Shown: positions 13,187 to 26,039 of the stretch, one piece after another
How the letters are laid out: every line of letters begins with the position of its first letter
How positions within the stretch are numbered: position 1 is the first letter of the stretch
Assembly: GCF_963921235.1 (NCBI RefSeq)
Contig: NC_086108.1
Coordinates: forward strand, 54,128,001-54,192,000
Direction of reading: 5' to 3'
DNA: 64,000 bases
From: Mobula hypostoma
Lineage: Eukaryota
Notes under the pieces: model-generated
What the model was told of the DNA's origin: nothing
Databases searched by the model: none
What the model saw: the letters and a program-made list of their open reading frames with translations, nothing else
Position numbers and translations under genes: made by a program

Positions 13187-15497
13187 AGACCGTAAGACAT
13201 AGGAGCAGAATTAGGCCATTCAGCCCATCAAGTCTGCTCCGCCATTCCATCATGGCTGATCCCAGATCCCACTCAACCCTATACCACCTGCCTTCTCGCC
13301 ATATCCTTTGATGCCCTGATTGATCAGGAAACTATCAACTTCCACGTTCAATATACCCATGGTCTTGGCCTCCACTGCAGTCTATGGCAGAGCATTCCAC
13401 AGATTTACTATTCTCTGACTAAAAAAATTCTTCCTTACCGCTGTTCAAAAGGGTTGTCCCTCAATTTTGAGGCTGTCCCCACTAGTTCTGAATACCCACA
13501 CCACAGGAAACATCTTATCCACATCCACCCTATCTAGTATTTTCAACATTCAGTAGGTTTCACTGAGATCACCTGGCATTCTTCTAAATTCCAGTGAGTA
13601 CAGGCTCAAAGCTCCCAAATGTTCCTTGTATGTTAAACCCTTCACTCCCAGAATCATCATCGTGAACTTCCTCTGGACTCTCTCCAATGACAACACATCC
13701 TTTCTGATATACGAGGCCCAAAACTATTCACAATACTCTCCAAGTGCTGTCCTGACTAGTGTCTTATAAAGGCTCAGCATTATCTCCTTCCTTTTATACT
13801 CTATTCCCCTTGAAATAAATAGCAACATTGCATTTGCTGCCTTTAACACAGACTTAATCTGTAAATTAACCTTCTGGGAGTCTTGCACAAGGACTCCCAA
13901 GTCCCTTTGCACCTCTGATGTTTGAACCTTCTCTCCCATTTAGATAATAGTCTGTACTATTGTTATGTTATACCAAAATGCATCATCATACATTTCCCAA
14001 CAGTATATTCCATCGACCACTTTTTTGCCCATTTTTCTAATTTGTCTAATGCAATCGCATTGCTTCCTCAGCACTACTTATCCCTCCACCTATCTTCATA
14101 CCATCTGCAAACACTGCCACAAAGCCATCAATTCCGTTATCTAAATCATTGACAATCATTTCACAATGTGAAAAAGTAACGGTCACGACTCTGATCCCTG
14201 AGGAACACTACTAGTCACCGACAGCCAACCAGAAAAGGCCCCCTTTATTCCCACTCGCTGCCTCCTACCTGTCAGCCATTCTGCTATCCATGCCAGTATC
14301 TTTCCGATATTGCCATAGAATTTTATCTTGTTGAGCAGCCTCATGTGTGGCACCTTATCAAAAGCTTTCTGAAAATCCAAGTAAATGACATCCACTGGCT
14401 TTCCTTTGTCTGCCCTGCTTGTTACTTCCTCAAAGAATTCTAACAGATTTGTCAAGCAAGATTTCCTTTTACAGAAACCATGCTGACTGACTTGTTTTAT
14501 CATTAGTCTCCAAGTACCCCGAAACCTCATCCTTAATGATAGATTCCAACACTCCCAATCACTGAGGTTAGGCTAACTGATCCGTAATTTCCTTTCTTTT
14601 GCCTTCCACCCTCCCCCCTGCCCCTTCTGAAAGACTGGAGTGACATTTGCATTCTTCCAGTCCTCTGGGACCATGCCAGATAAGTGAATCTTGAAAGAGA
14701 ATGACCAATGCATCCGTTATCACTTCAGCAACCTCTTTTGGGACTCTGGAATGTAGTCCATCTGCTCCAGGTGACTTATCCACCTTAAGACCTTTGAGTT
14801 TGCCTTGCACTTTTTCCTTTATAATAGCAATGGCTCCCACTCCTGTTCCTTGACACTCACAGAGCTCTGGCATGCTGCTAGTGTCTTCCACAGTGAAGAC
14901 AGGTGCAAAGTACCCATTAAGTTATTCTGCCATTTCTTTATCCCCTATTGCTACCTCGCCAGCCAGCATCATTTTCCAGTGATCCAATATCAAATCTCAC
15001 CTCCCTTTTACTCTTTATATAACTGAAAAAACTTTTGGTATCCTGCTCTATATTATTGGCTAGTCTGCCCTCATATTTCATCTCTTCCATTCTTATAGCT
15101 TTTCTCATTGCCTTTTGTTGGGTTTTATAAGCTTCCCATTCATCCAATTTGGCACTTGCCTTTGTGACTTTATATGCCCTTTCCTGGGCTTTTATGCAGT
15201 CCTTACCTTCCTGTGTCAGCCACAGTTGCTTACTCCTGCCATTTGAGAACAACTACTTCTGTGGGACGTACCTAACCTGCGCCTTGTGAACTATTCCCAG
15301 AAACTTCAGCCAACTCTGCTCTGCTGTCATCCCCACCAGTTTCTTCCTCTAATCCACCTGGACAAGCTCCTCTCTTGTAGCTCTGTAATTCCATTTATTC
15401 CATTGCAATACTGATACATGTGAGTTGTGTTTCTCCCTCTCAAATTGCAGTATGGATTCAGTCATATTATGATCATTGCCTCCTAAGGGTTCCTTTC
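13187..15497 (-). mobile_element. 5'-truncated degenerate CR1 LINE ORF2
   Basis: Minus ORFs QHGFCKRKSCLTNLLEFFEEV, LDFQKAFDKVPH, DKSPGADGLHSRV; 3' end at about 13187. Confidence 0.92.
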
Positions 15498-18163
15498 ACC
15501 AAAAGGGAAAATAACAGCCATCTGGTATGTTGCCCAAGAGCTATGCTGTCTTGGCTTGCATTGGAGGTGTTACAACTGGAGTCTGTCCAAGAGCATAGCA
15601 TAAGGGAAGAAAAAGCAGTTTCCACATCAGCTGGAAAACACATATCATGGTATTGGATGGATGGGTGGACGTGTGCATAATACCTCTCAGTTCAAGTCAG
15701 TATTTTGTGCCTTGGGTAACTTCAGACAAAAGGGAAACATTGGCTCAGTTGATGGACACACAACTGATTGAGTGGTATTGAACAAACCAAATTAGAAAGA
15801 TTTCAGGCTTACAGCTTGGGCTCCACTGATGTAAAGCTCGTAGATGGATCAGCAATGGGAATCCTATAGTTGACATCTGGGGAGAAAGAACCGGGTTATG
15901 CCTGAGGTTGAATGTTTCATGATGAGGTATAGCTAAGATTAGTTTTCTTCTAACATCCCACATGGAAGAATAGTAATTGCCAGCTTACAGTTGATGCAGG
16001 CGTGGATATGTGGCCTGAAGCTTAAATGCGCTGTGTAACTGTACCGCAATATAGTTGATGCTCCGGGAGAAGAGAAAATGAGTGAGTAGGTGAGGTCAAA
16101 CATTTCGAAATGCAGCATATATTGCTTGAGGAGAGAAAAGAATCGGTTAACTAATAGGGAAGAGCTGTTCTGGCAGACTTAGAAAGTATGTCTGAGTATA
16201 TATTTTCTTTCCAGTTTCCATATGAGGAAACATCTTGTAAAAATGTGTTTCGCGTGATAAGGCCAATCTGATTTGAGTTGATTTAGACTTTGCTCGGAGT
16301 CTGGGTTTTGAAATAAAATTCAAAGAACTGCCAAAGTATGTAGTTTTTATGTTCTGCATTAACCCCAGTTCCCTTACAAATCCTGTTCAGTTGAATAGAA
16401 GCCGGTTGATCCAATGGGATTTTACTATGTGAAGTTCAAAGTGCTGAAGCACATCAGAGCATATATCAATCAAGTAAGTGCCTTGCAAGTTGAAGACTGA
16501 ACTGGCATTTCCAAAGGGAATGAGATCAAAGAGGATGACTGAGGCCTTGCAGTCTCTCTCTGGAGACAGTGTTTCGATCAGTTGTTCATTAAATTCCATC
16601 CAGGAAGAAGTGGGGGGGGGGGGAAATTGCAGCAATGTGACTGCTTTTGGAAGCAGAATTTCATTCTGCCTTTTGATCATGCAACAAGAGCAGGCAGAAT
16701 CTCATCACAGCTGTAGTCTTGGTACAATGGGCAAGTTGAAACAAACTAGGGTAGTTTTGTGTGCAATTAAAGAAATAATGGCATGCAACTTTTATAGAAA
16801 TACATTTAACTCTTTCTGTGCCTTTTCTTATTTTTAACACGATTCCCATGAGTTTATATTTGGGTCCATTAACAAGCATGCCTGAATTTGTCCTCGCTGT
16901 ATACATGTGGATGAACGAGCTTGGATGACAAGCACTGTTGTGTTCTGATGTATATTTTGGAAGACTTGACTCAAAGGTTTGTTGTGAAGTAGGATCTTCA
17001 TTTTGCAGGGGAAACAGAGAATAGTAAAATACCCAGTGCTTTCTTTTTGCCTTACAGAATATATTTTCAATCGAGTGTAGTAACAATAACAGTTTACATT
17101 TGGATGGTATTGTGAATAAAGCCCCAATCGACAGCATAGAGGTTTCACAAGTAGACAGAATAACTGTAGAGAGCACAAAGTGATTTTAAGAAATGGGGCT
17201 GGAATGCCAGTGTGGCTTTGAAGGCTTTAATACTGCTTTCGTATTAATAAGTGATGGCTATCTCCATGTGCGTTTAAACCTGTGCCTGTAAGGGAGCACT
17301 GCGACTAACAGTTCCACAGGCAGTAGAGGCAATGCTTGAAACACTGATGCTAGAAATGCATATACAGATCTTTTGTGTTATTACTCAATTTTGATGTGTA
17401 TAACTGTATTTCTGTGACATTAAAATCTGATTTCAGCACCAGAAACTAGTCTTGCGTTGGCACTTCAGCTATGCTGCTTCTATGTTGCAGAATCAAACAC
17501 CAAAATATGTCTATTAGTTTGTTTAGCTTCAGAGTCCAATAAAACAAAATAATTTTCCCAACCGCCTACTGAAGACTGGGGTGCTGTGTATTTTCCACAT
17601 TTCATTCGTTCACACAATGAATATTGACTCGTGCTTCGTCAAGTGGCACTCTCTTTGTATCTTGCTTTAAAATCTGGAACTTAAGAAAACAGAAGCTTAA
17701 TTTCTCAGATACTCACTAGAAGACATGGTTATATGAGTATCAGTGGCTATGATGTCATATGATGCATGCATAAATAATTGCCAATTAGGTAAGGCGAATG
17801 CCCATTTATGAAAATATGTTCTAAAGAGAATTGGTTGGGTGGTGGTGAAAATAAATTATTGATTTCATGAAAGTAGTAGCTCTCCATCACACACTTCGGC
17901 ATTTCTTCATCCTGATTTGCTGCAATGGGATTAGAACCATTTCACCACCATTGTTAATTATTATTTGATTTTTCCCTCATCGGAAATAATGAACTTTTAT
18001 TTTCTTCCTTCTGAGTACATTAAACATGCAAATCTGAGTTAAATTGATTTTGTTAGAAATGAAGAACATTGTTCATGCTGCTTATTCCGAAATTGAGTCA
18101 GAATTCATTTCCTGGTTACGTTGCTGTGAAAAGTTCAAAACATCTTAATTTTGTATTTAACAG

Positions 18164-18270
18164 GTTTGATGGGAATTTTAACACCAATGTTTCAAAAACT
18201 ATTAGCTGTGACAGACTTTCTACGACTGTCAATAGCCGAGCATTTAATCCTGGACGTGACTTAAACACAG
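18164..18270 (+). CDS. CACHD1: CACHD1 exon 4 (107 nt)
   Basis: cag|g FDGNFNTNVSKTISCDRLSTTVNSRAFNPGRDLNT g|gttagt. Confidence 0.96.
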
Positions 18271-19498
18271 GTTAGTTCTTTGGTTGTGCTGGATTTAATT
18301 CATTTGCTTTGTTTTTGACTCTAAGGTTTAGATGGGGCAAAAGTATTAATTTTACTTGTCCTTCTTCTTTAACAGTTGTAAAATGTTGTCTCCTATTTCC
18401 GAAAGCCCCCTTTTCATCCCCTCATACTTCAATATCCCACTCCTTTTAAAATCTTACGATGAAACTTTGGTCATTCTCTCCTGATATTCAATCATTCTTG
18501 AAGCTCTGTGAAGAATTGGGTAGGCATGTCTCCATCCATTCTTCTCTGAATGCTGGAATCAAGTTCAAGCAATGCTGATAGGATGAAAACGTGTCATATA
18601 ATATCTAGGTGATCCTCAAATCAAATCAACCCAGTGTTTTGTAATCTCTAATCCAGCACTAACTCAACAGTTTCATCTCAGCGAGCAATGTTGAGTGTGG
18701 TAATATCTGAAAGAGCACTTGCAGGTTCCATTGAATAAGGGGACACTGCCTTGGACAAATGCCAACATCATGGTGTGCCTCCCCGTTTGCAATTGCACAC
18801 ACCTGTCTCTGATTATAGATCGAGTTCACAGTCACTAATCGATGGGGCAGTCCTCTACCTTATGGAGCAAATGGTCACAAGAACTTTCTGTCTCATTCAT
18901 GTGTTCCTGCTTCTCAACATGGAGCCCAGAACCACTGAGTTGCAGATAATTTGTGCAGATGTAATTGCCTTGGGTAAAAATGTCCACATACTCCCACGTA
19001 TTGAAGCAGCCACACATCTTTGTCCTGCCTCCATTTTGTGTGTTTAAGGTAATGTTAATGAAATTTATCATTTTGTTTAATTACATTTAGTTGTTAAAAT
19101 TTAGTTGCATATTATATGTTAACTTCAAATTGCCCACAGAAAATAGCAATCAATTTACCTGCCTTACCTGTGATGTAACACTGTAGAAGTTTCCTCATTG
19201 CAGCTTTCAAACTGCTCTGTTAGAAACTGTCAACTCCAGTGTGAAGTTCTTTTTACCGACACTGATCAATATAACTGAAGTTCCTTATTCACAAAAGCCT
19301 GCATTTCAGGAATCACGCACACTGTATAATTACATGTTTATAGAGAAGTTTAACAGATGCATTAATGAAAAAGGATTAGAGGTGATGAGGAGTGGGGTGA
19401 CAGGAAATTTGTATGGAATATAAACATTCTTTTTAACCTGTTAGGTTAGTTAGTCTAAACTTGTAGTTTGTGTCAAAAAGAATGTAATATCCAAATAA

Positions 19499-19707
19499 CA
19501 CACATCAAAGTTGCTGGTGAACGCAGCAGGCCAAGCAGCATCTATAGGAAGAGGCGCAGTCGACGTTTCAGCCTGACGAAGGGTCTCGGCCTGAAACGTC
19601 GACTGCGCCTCTTCCTATAGATGCTGCTTGGCCTGCTGCGTTCACCAGCAACTTTGATGTGTGTTGCTTGAATTTCCAGCATCTGCAGAATTCCTGTTGT
19701 TTTTGTT
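19499..19707 (+). mobile_element. Short foldback Penelope-like (pLTR-derived) insertion
   Basis: Perfect 75-bp inverted repeat 19497-19571 / 19591-19665; TSD taatatccaaataa (19485-19498, 19708-19721); near-identical to the ends of the 42981-44990 element. Confidence 0.85.
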
Positions 19708-21269
19708 TAATATCCAAATAAGTTGTATTCCTGCGGGAAAGTGGTAAGAAACATGTCTAACTTTCACCATTTCTGTTACTTTCCTGGGATACATCAGTAG
19801 TTCCGTAGTAGCTCTAATCACTTCTCTCTGTGGGATATGCATTTGGGTGATTGTTAATCACTCAACACCATTAAAGCAAAGGGGACTTTTTCTCTCTGCT
19901 CCATTCTGTGCTAGAGAAATCTAGTCAAAAATTAAGCAAGACAAGAGATTGTCAGCATTGGGAATTGGTGATATTTTGGCCTTGTTTTCAACTGAAGATC
20001 ATGCTGATATCTGGTATGTATGAAGTGTACGTTTATCATATTTTTTGTGTTTTATTCATACACAGTTCTGCTGGAGTTTCTAGGATCTGCTTTAGAGGAC
20101 AGTGGGGATTGATAGGTGGGGATGGGGTGGTGCTGATTGAAAAATAACTGCAGAGAAGTTTCTTCTTACAGAGGGCAGCAGATCTCTGGAATACACTGCC
20201 CTAGTTATACTTAAGATGGAGACAGATAAATATTTGCAAGATCAAGGAAATGTAGTCAGCATAGAGCAACCATGATCATATTGAATGGTGGGGTAGACTT
20301 GGAGGGCCAGGTGGCCTATTATTCTGTTGTGGGCTATATGAGCTAGAATGTATTTTAAAATAACGTTTTGCCATTCTTGGTGGTAGCAGATTGTGCTGAA
20401 AAGTAACCAACTTTCAAAAAGTTTATTTGAGAGTGAAAGTGAAAATCTAAAACCCTATTTTTTAAAATAGAACATCTGGGTGATGTGGAATTATGCACAG
20501 TGATGGTCAGAGGTTTATGAATGTGATCACATGCTGGGTACAGTCAGCAGGTGGCCATAGCTTTGTAAAGTTGTGCAGCATGTTTTTATAACCAAAACCT
20601 ATTAAAATAGGTTCCTGGGAATGTATAATAGGAAAATAGATAACTGATCAATAGTCACCCAAAAAAACAGTTCAGTTGTACAATTTGGTATTCCCTCTAT
20701 TTTGATTGTTGGAGAGAGATTGTTTTTCGCATCTCATTTCATAGAGGCAAATGGATTTTAATTTATTAGATACCAAGGTTCTGTCACTTGATACAGGCCG
20801 TGTGGGGTTGACTTTACAACTTCCAGCTGCCGTTGATCTTCAGCATTTGAAACTGAGAGTTCAGCACGTCCAATTCCATCTTTCAACAGATTTGGCCTCA
20901 TGCATTTTGGCTTTGAACTGGCAACACAATTGGTCTGTTTAGACTGAATTTTAATTTACATTTGAAAATATCAGGTGGAATCTCGGCAATACAGCTCTGA
21001 TATCTTGAAATCAGTTATTTTTCTTGTAGTGTAGGGGCTGTGGCTACTAATTAATTCTCAATTGAAATAGAGCTGAAAGCATAAGTGTGGGTCCATCTAT
21101 TAACCCCAGCTTGAACATCCTGCTTGTCCCCATCTGTCTTCTACTGCAAAGTTGAAAGTTTATTTTTCTCTCTGAATCCAATCATTGCATCAGAATTTCA
21201 TGAGGTGATCAGTAACATTGAAAATTTTGTCAACTCGCAGAGTAGGGGGACAAGGCTTTGAAAACTGAG

Positions 21270-21810
21270 GACTAGAATCATATTTGCAGCATTGTGAGCA
21301 GATTTGGGCATCATATATAAGAAAGGATATGCTGGTAAGAGGCGGTTTTGAGAATGGTGTCCTGGATATGAAATGGTTAATGTATGAGAAGTGTTCAATG
21401 GCCTGTACTCACGGGGGTTTTAGTTAAATGAGTTTTAGTAATCTCACTGAAACCTAACAAATATTGAAAGGCCCAGATAGAATGGATGTGGAGAGGATCT
21501 TTCAAATAGTGGGAGAGTGTAGGTCCAGAGGGCAGAGCCTCAAAGTAGAAGGATATCTCTTTTAAAAATGAGATGAGGAGAAATTTCTTTCGCCAGATTG
21601 TGGTGAATCTGTGGAATGCATTGCCAAAGACTGCTGTGGAGGCTAATTCATTGAGTGTATTTAAAGTGGCAGGTGATAGGTTCTTGATTAGTAAGGACAT
21701 CAAATGTTATGAGGAGAGGGCAGAAGAATGGGGTTGATAAGGAAAATATTTCAGCTATGATCTAATGGTGGAGCTGACTCGATGATCCAAGTAGCCTACT
21801 TCTTATGATT
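21270..21810 (+). mobile_element. CR1 LINE 3' fragment
   Basis: gagatgaggagaaatttctttcgccagattgtggtgaatctgtggaatgcattgcc, similar to 2140-2638. Confidence 0.8.
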
Positions 21811-21942
21811 TTGTCATATATCATCTCTCTCAGAATTTCTACAGGCAGGATTACACTGAGCCTGCCATAAAAATTGTATGAGATTCCCCAGTAATTTTTT
21901 TCCATTTATTTTTTAAACAATCTTGCTTCTTTAACCCAACAG

Positions 21943-22069
21943 TTCTTGCTGACAACTTTAAGTCAAATCCTGGCATTAAGTGGCAATATTTCAGTTCAGA
22001 AGAAGGGATCTTCACCATTTTCCCAGCACATAAATTTCGCTGCAAAGGTGGCTATGAACATCGGAGCAG
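21943..22069 (+). CDS. CACHD1: CACHD1 exon 5 (127 nt)
   Basis: cag|(V)LADNFKSNPGIKWQYFSSEEGIFTIFPAHKFRCKGGYEHRS(R)|gtggga. Confidence 0.96.
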
Positions 22070-22980
22070 GTGGGAATTTCTAGTTTTGTCCTCTTAAGGG
22101 CTTTGCATTTTCTTTTTAATGATTGATTATCCGATAGTTTTCACCTTATTAGTTTTAACACATTGATTAAACTAAATATGTTAATAAAAATATACCAAGT
22201 AGGTTTATGTAGATGAATGTATTAAGAAATGTCTTTAGAAACCATTTTGTTTCTGTTTAGGAACTCCAGCTGAAGCTGAAACTGCAGCATAATAAATAAT
22301 TTGTCTATTATAGTCAGATTATTACTGAATAAGAAACAGATAACGATGTTTGATCTTCAATTTATTATTTTTAATGTTTAGTGTAATTTCCCTCTAATTA
22401 ACTTCTGGGATGTGCTGTTAAATTTCTGATCACCTGGTATTATTTTCCTTAAATTTGAATAATCTCAGATTTTAAAAAAATAGAAAAGTAAGGGGAATTC
22501 TGGGGCACTGAAATTAAAAATTTCAATACACACAGAATACTCCATTAGGCAGCAATCGTGGGGTAAGAAATAAATTTAACATTTTGGGTTAATAACTTGT
22601 CATCAGCACTGGTGTGATGGAAGATTATTGACCTGAAAAATGAGCTTCTTTTCTGTTGCCACAGATGTGACCAGACCAGCTGAGTCTATCTACCATTTTC
22701 TGTTCTTCTTCCCCTCCCCACATGATCTGAGTTCAAGGTCCCAGTTATGAGATTTCTTAGTCGAAAATAGATCTTTCTGATTTGTAAGTACTAGTTGATC
22801 AAGCTAATTAATCACAGATTGATACCTGGAAGCAGTGACATTTGTATGCACACAGGCATTTTGTACCTTCACAGATATGAATCAGGTGTGAGGGAACATT
22901 GATTATATATTGGGAAAATGTGGAAGAATTATTGTCTACCATTCTTCCCTTACAAGCTTTTTGACATTCTTTTGGTGCAG

Positions 22981-23125
22981 GCCTGTGTACGTTTCCACAG
23001 TGAGGCCACAATCAAAGCATATTGTGGTCGTGGTGGATCATGGGGCTTCAGCCACAGACACACAGCTTCAAATAGCCAAAGATGCTGCACAAGTAATCTT
23101 AACCTCTATTGATGAGCATGACAAG
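22981..23125 (+). CDS. CACHD1: CACHD1 exon 6 (145 nt), start of the VWA domain
   Basis: cag|g PVYVSTVRPQSKHIVVVVDHGASATDTQLQIAKDAAQVILTSIDEHDK|gtaagc. Confidence 0.97.
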
Positions 23126-23654
23126 GTAAGCTCTACTCAGCCCCATCTGTATGGTAAATGTGGAATCTATCCTACATCAAGTTATCCTACCAAACGATAC
23201 ACAACTGGTCTAGAAATATTATCTATGTTTTCAAAGTACTGAGGCCAGATAACGTGAGTACAAATGAATTACCTTCGGTGGGTGGTTTGTTCCTGCTCTA
23301 GTAATCATTCAAAAACTGGAAATGCAAAACCTCCTCAAAGGGTGTTAAATGGGAGATGTCCCCATTTTATTGGTGCTTCTGAGAAGGAAGCAGAGCTTAC
23401 TGAGTTCTGACAAAAGGTCACACACCCAAAATTTTCACTGTTTATTTTTTCCATTGATGCTGTCTGACCTGTTGAGTTTTTCTAACATTTCCTGTTTTTG
23501 CTCCAGATTTTCAGCATTTTAATATTTCAAACTTACTCTGTTCTCAATTTTTAGACTTCTTGGGTCTAACAAGGACCCAGGTATGCACACATGCTCACTC
23601 ACATACTTAGACATTTACCTTTTCAATACATGTATATCCAAATAGAAACTCCAG

Positions 23655-24317
23655 AGAAGATGGCAGTGTGACGCAGTGCGCAGCAGCCACTCCGGAATGA
23701 ATATCTGTCATCTGTCAAGTAGGGTGCCGTGCACAATCCTGATTTGATGGAGACAGATGTGAGAAGCACGGAGGAACATCTGGTGAAACTTCCGAAATGC
23801 CTGTTTCGCTGCCGCTGCTACTGTGCGATCCAGAATCTCCGGAGGGCAAGGCCTCGAGTCCTTGGCTTTGCCTGTTGCTTGGTGGCTGGGGCCAGGGTCG
23901 AAGTGCTTGGCTGAGATGGTACTCGGTGTCGGAGGGTTGGTCGGAGGCTCGAAGTTTTTGGACGGACTCAGTCGGCTGTGGTCGGGTGCTTCCAGGTTGT
24001 TGCATCTGCAAGTTTGCGGCGCTGGAGATTCATGGCAGGGAGAGTTTTTCTTCCTTCTGCCGTCTGCGTGAGATGATGGGGCTATAGGGACTTTGAGACT
24101 TTTTTTTACTGTGCCCATGGTCTGCTTTTTATCAAATTATGGTATTGCTTTACACTGTTGTAACTATGTGTTATAATTATGTGGTTTTTGTCAGTTTTAG
24201 TCTTGGTCTGTCTTGTGTTTCTGTGATATCATACTGGAGGAACATTGTATCATTTCTTAATGCATGCATTACTAAATGACAATAAACGAGGACTGAGTAT
24301 CCTCATAATCTAATCTA
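23655..24317 (+). mobile_element. Non-autonomous retroelement (LINE-partner type) with a (taatc)n tail
   Basis: GC-rich body, aataaa followed by cataatctaatcta; the 3' part recurs inverted at 55528-55810. Confidence 0.65.
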
Positions 24318-24643
24318 GTCTAAGATTCTTAGTAAAGATCTAATATAATTCTTCAAAACGAGCAGAACCAACTTAATTAGACATAAGGTGATAGATTATC
24401 TGGTTAGGAGATGAAAATAGAGTGTCGGCTTGTGATCCATCAGTTATCAGGTTGGTGGACCAGGCTAATTAAGTTATACTTTAGAAATGGGAGGAAACTG
24501 AAGGGGAAAAATATCTGGGATCAAACTTATTCATTTTTAAATAGTGAGTAATTATAATTTGATCAATGGAAACAGAATAGGTTAACTTCAACACGAGCTA
24601 TACAGTGAAGAATTTCAATAATAATATGTTGTTTTGTTCACAG

Positions 24644-24860
24644 ATTTCTGTGCTGGCTGTGGCAGATACCATCCGGACATGCTCACTGGACCAGTGCTAC
24701 AAGACATACTTGTCTCCGGCCACCAGTGAGACTAAAAGGAAAATGACCACATTCCTTGGCAGTATAAAGTCGGTGGATGGTGCCACCCAGCATGCACTGG
24801 GCTTTCATAAAGCATTCCAGTTACTGCAGAATACAAACAACAGCACAAGGATCCATTCAC
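24644..24860 (+). CDS. CACHD1: CACHD1 exon 7 (217 nt)
   Basis: cag|ISVLAVADTIRTCSLDQCYKTYLSPATSETKRKMTT..NNSTRIHS c|gtgagt. Confidence 0.96.
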
Positions 24861-25017
24861 GTGAGTGCACAGAAGAGTCAATACAGCTGAATACTTAACT
24901 TCTCTATAGCTGGAAGTTGAGCTTCAATAGTTATCAATGATATCCCACAAATTGATTATAAAATTGTTCACTAGACAGCATTGGCTTTCAGAGAATGACT
25001 GGCCCTCTTAAAGCTTC

Positions 25018-25340
25018 CTAGAGTTGCATAGCATGGAAGCAGGTTCTTTGGCCCATCTTGTCTCAGCCAACCAGGATGCTGATCTGAGCTAGTCCCATTG
25101 GCCTGCATTTCTCCCATATCCCCTTGATCCATTCCTGTCCATGTACCTGCCTAAATGAATTTCAAAAGCTGTAATTTCACCTGTCTTCTATTACTTTCTC
25201 TGGCAGATCATTCCACATGCCCATCACCCTCTGTGTGTAAAATTTGCTCCTCAATTTTCCCTTAAATCACCCCCCCCCCACCTTAAATCTGTATCTTTTC
25301 TACCCTGGGGAGAAGGACCAACCAATTCATCTTATCTATG
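25018..25340 (-). mobile_element. CR1 3' end fragment
   Basis: Reverse complement resembles a CR1 3'UTR and ORF2 end (tggcagatcattccacatgcccatcaccctctgtgtg). Confidence 0.65.
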
Positions 25341-26039
25341 CATGGATTATTTGGACAAGATTAGAATTCAGTATCAACTAATTGGCATTTATGTTTAATA
25401 AACAAATCAATTAGAAGTTAAATTTGAATAAACTTCAGGGGGAAACCTGCACCTTTATTGGTAAGTCCTGTTGACAGGTGTGGCCAATGAACCACCAAGC
25501 CGTGTGCAACACAGGTCAGAGTGCAGGAATACTTTCCTGCCTGCCTGCTGTTTTGATGCAACAAGGTAAATAAGGAGTAAGGAGGTTAGTGAAGGACACA
25601 GAATTATGAAGTTATCTCTAAGAATTTTTTTTTACAGTTTTGAAGCTTACGTTAGATTGGCTATGAATAAGTGCACAATGTAACAAGAACAAGAAGATTT
25701 GGAAGATAATATATTTACACCCAAATGCAGATTAGCAATTTGTGAATGCTTTTTCCCTGTTTTTTTTCCCATGCAAAATATCTTTTGAAATGTGTTCATC
25801 AGTTTATAATTTGTTTTTATCTAGCATGCTCTTTATCTCATATGAGGGTTTCAAACATGCCGGTGGAATGATAGTTACCATGGGAAAAAATTAATCATTA
25901 ACAATCACTTTTGACCAAATGAGTATAGAGTTCAAAACTGCTTTGTAGTTTGGTGTGAGGTTAACAAGCTTACCACTGTGGGGAAAACAAAAGTTGGAAT
26001 GGAATTTTGACATAAGAAGAAAATAAATGCATTTCTGAA

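Noticed and set aside
16387..17178. Cluster of overlapping ORFs up to 171 aa
   Set aside because: No recognisable domain or exon structure; consistent with chance ORFs
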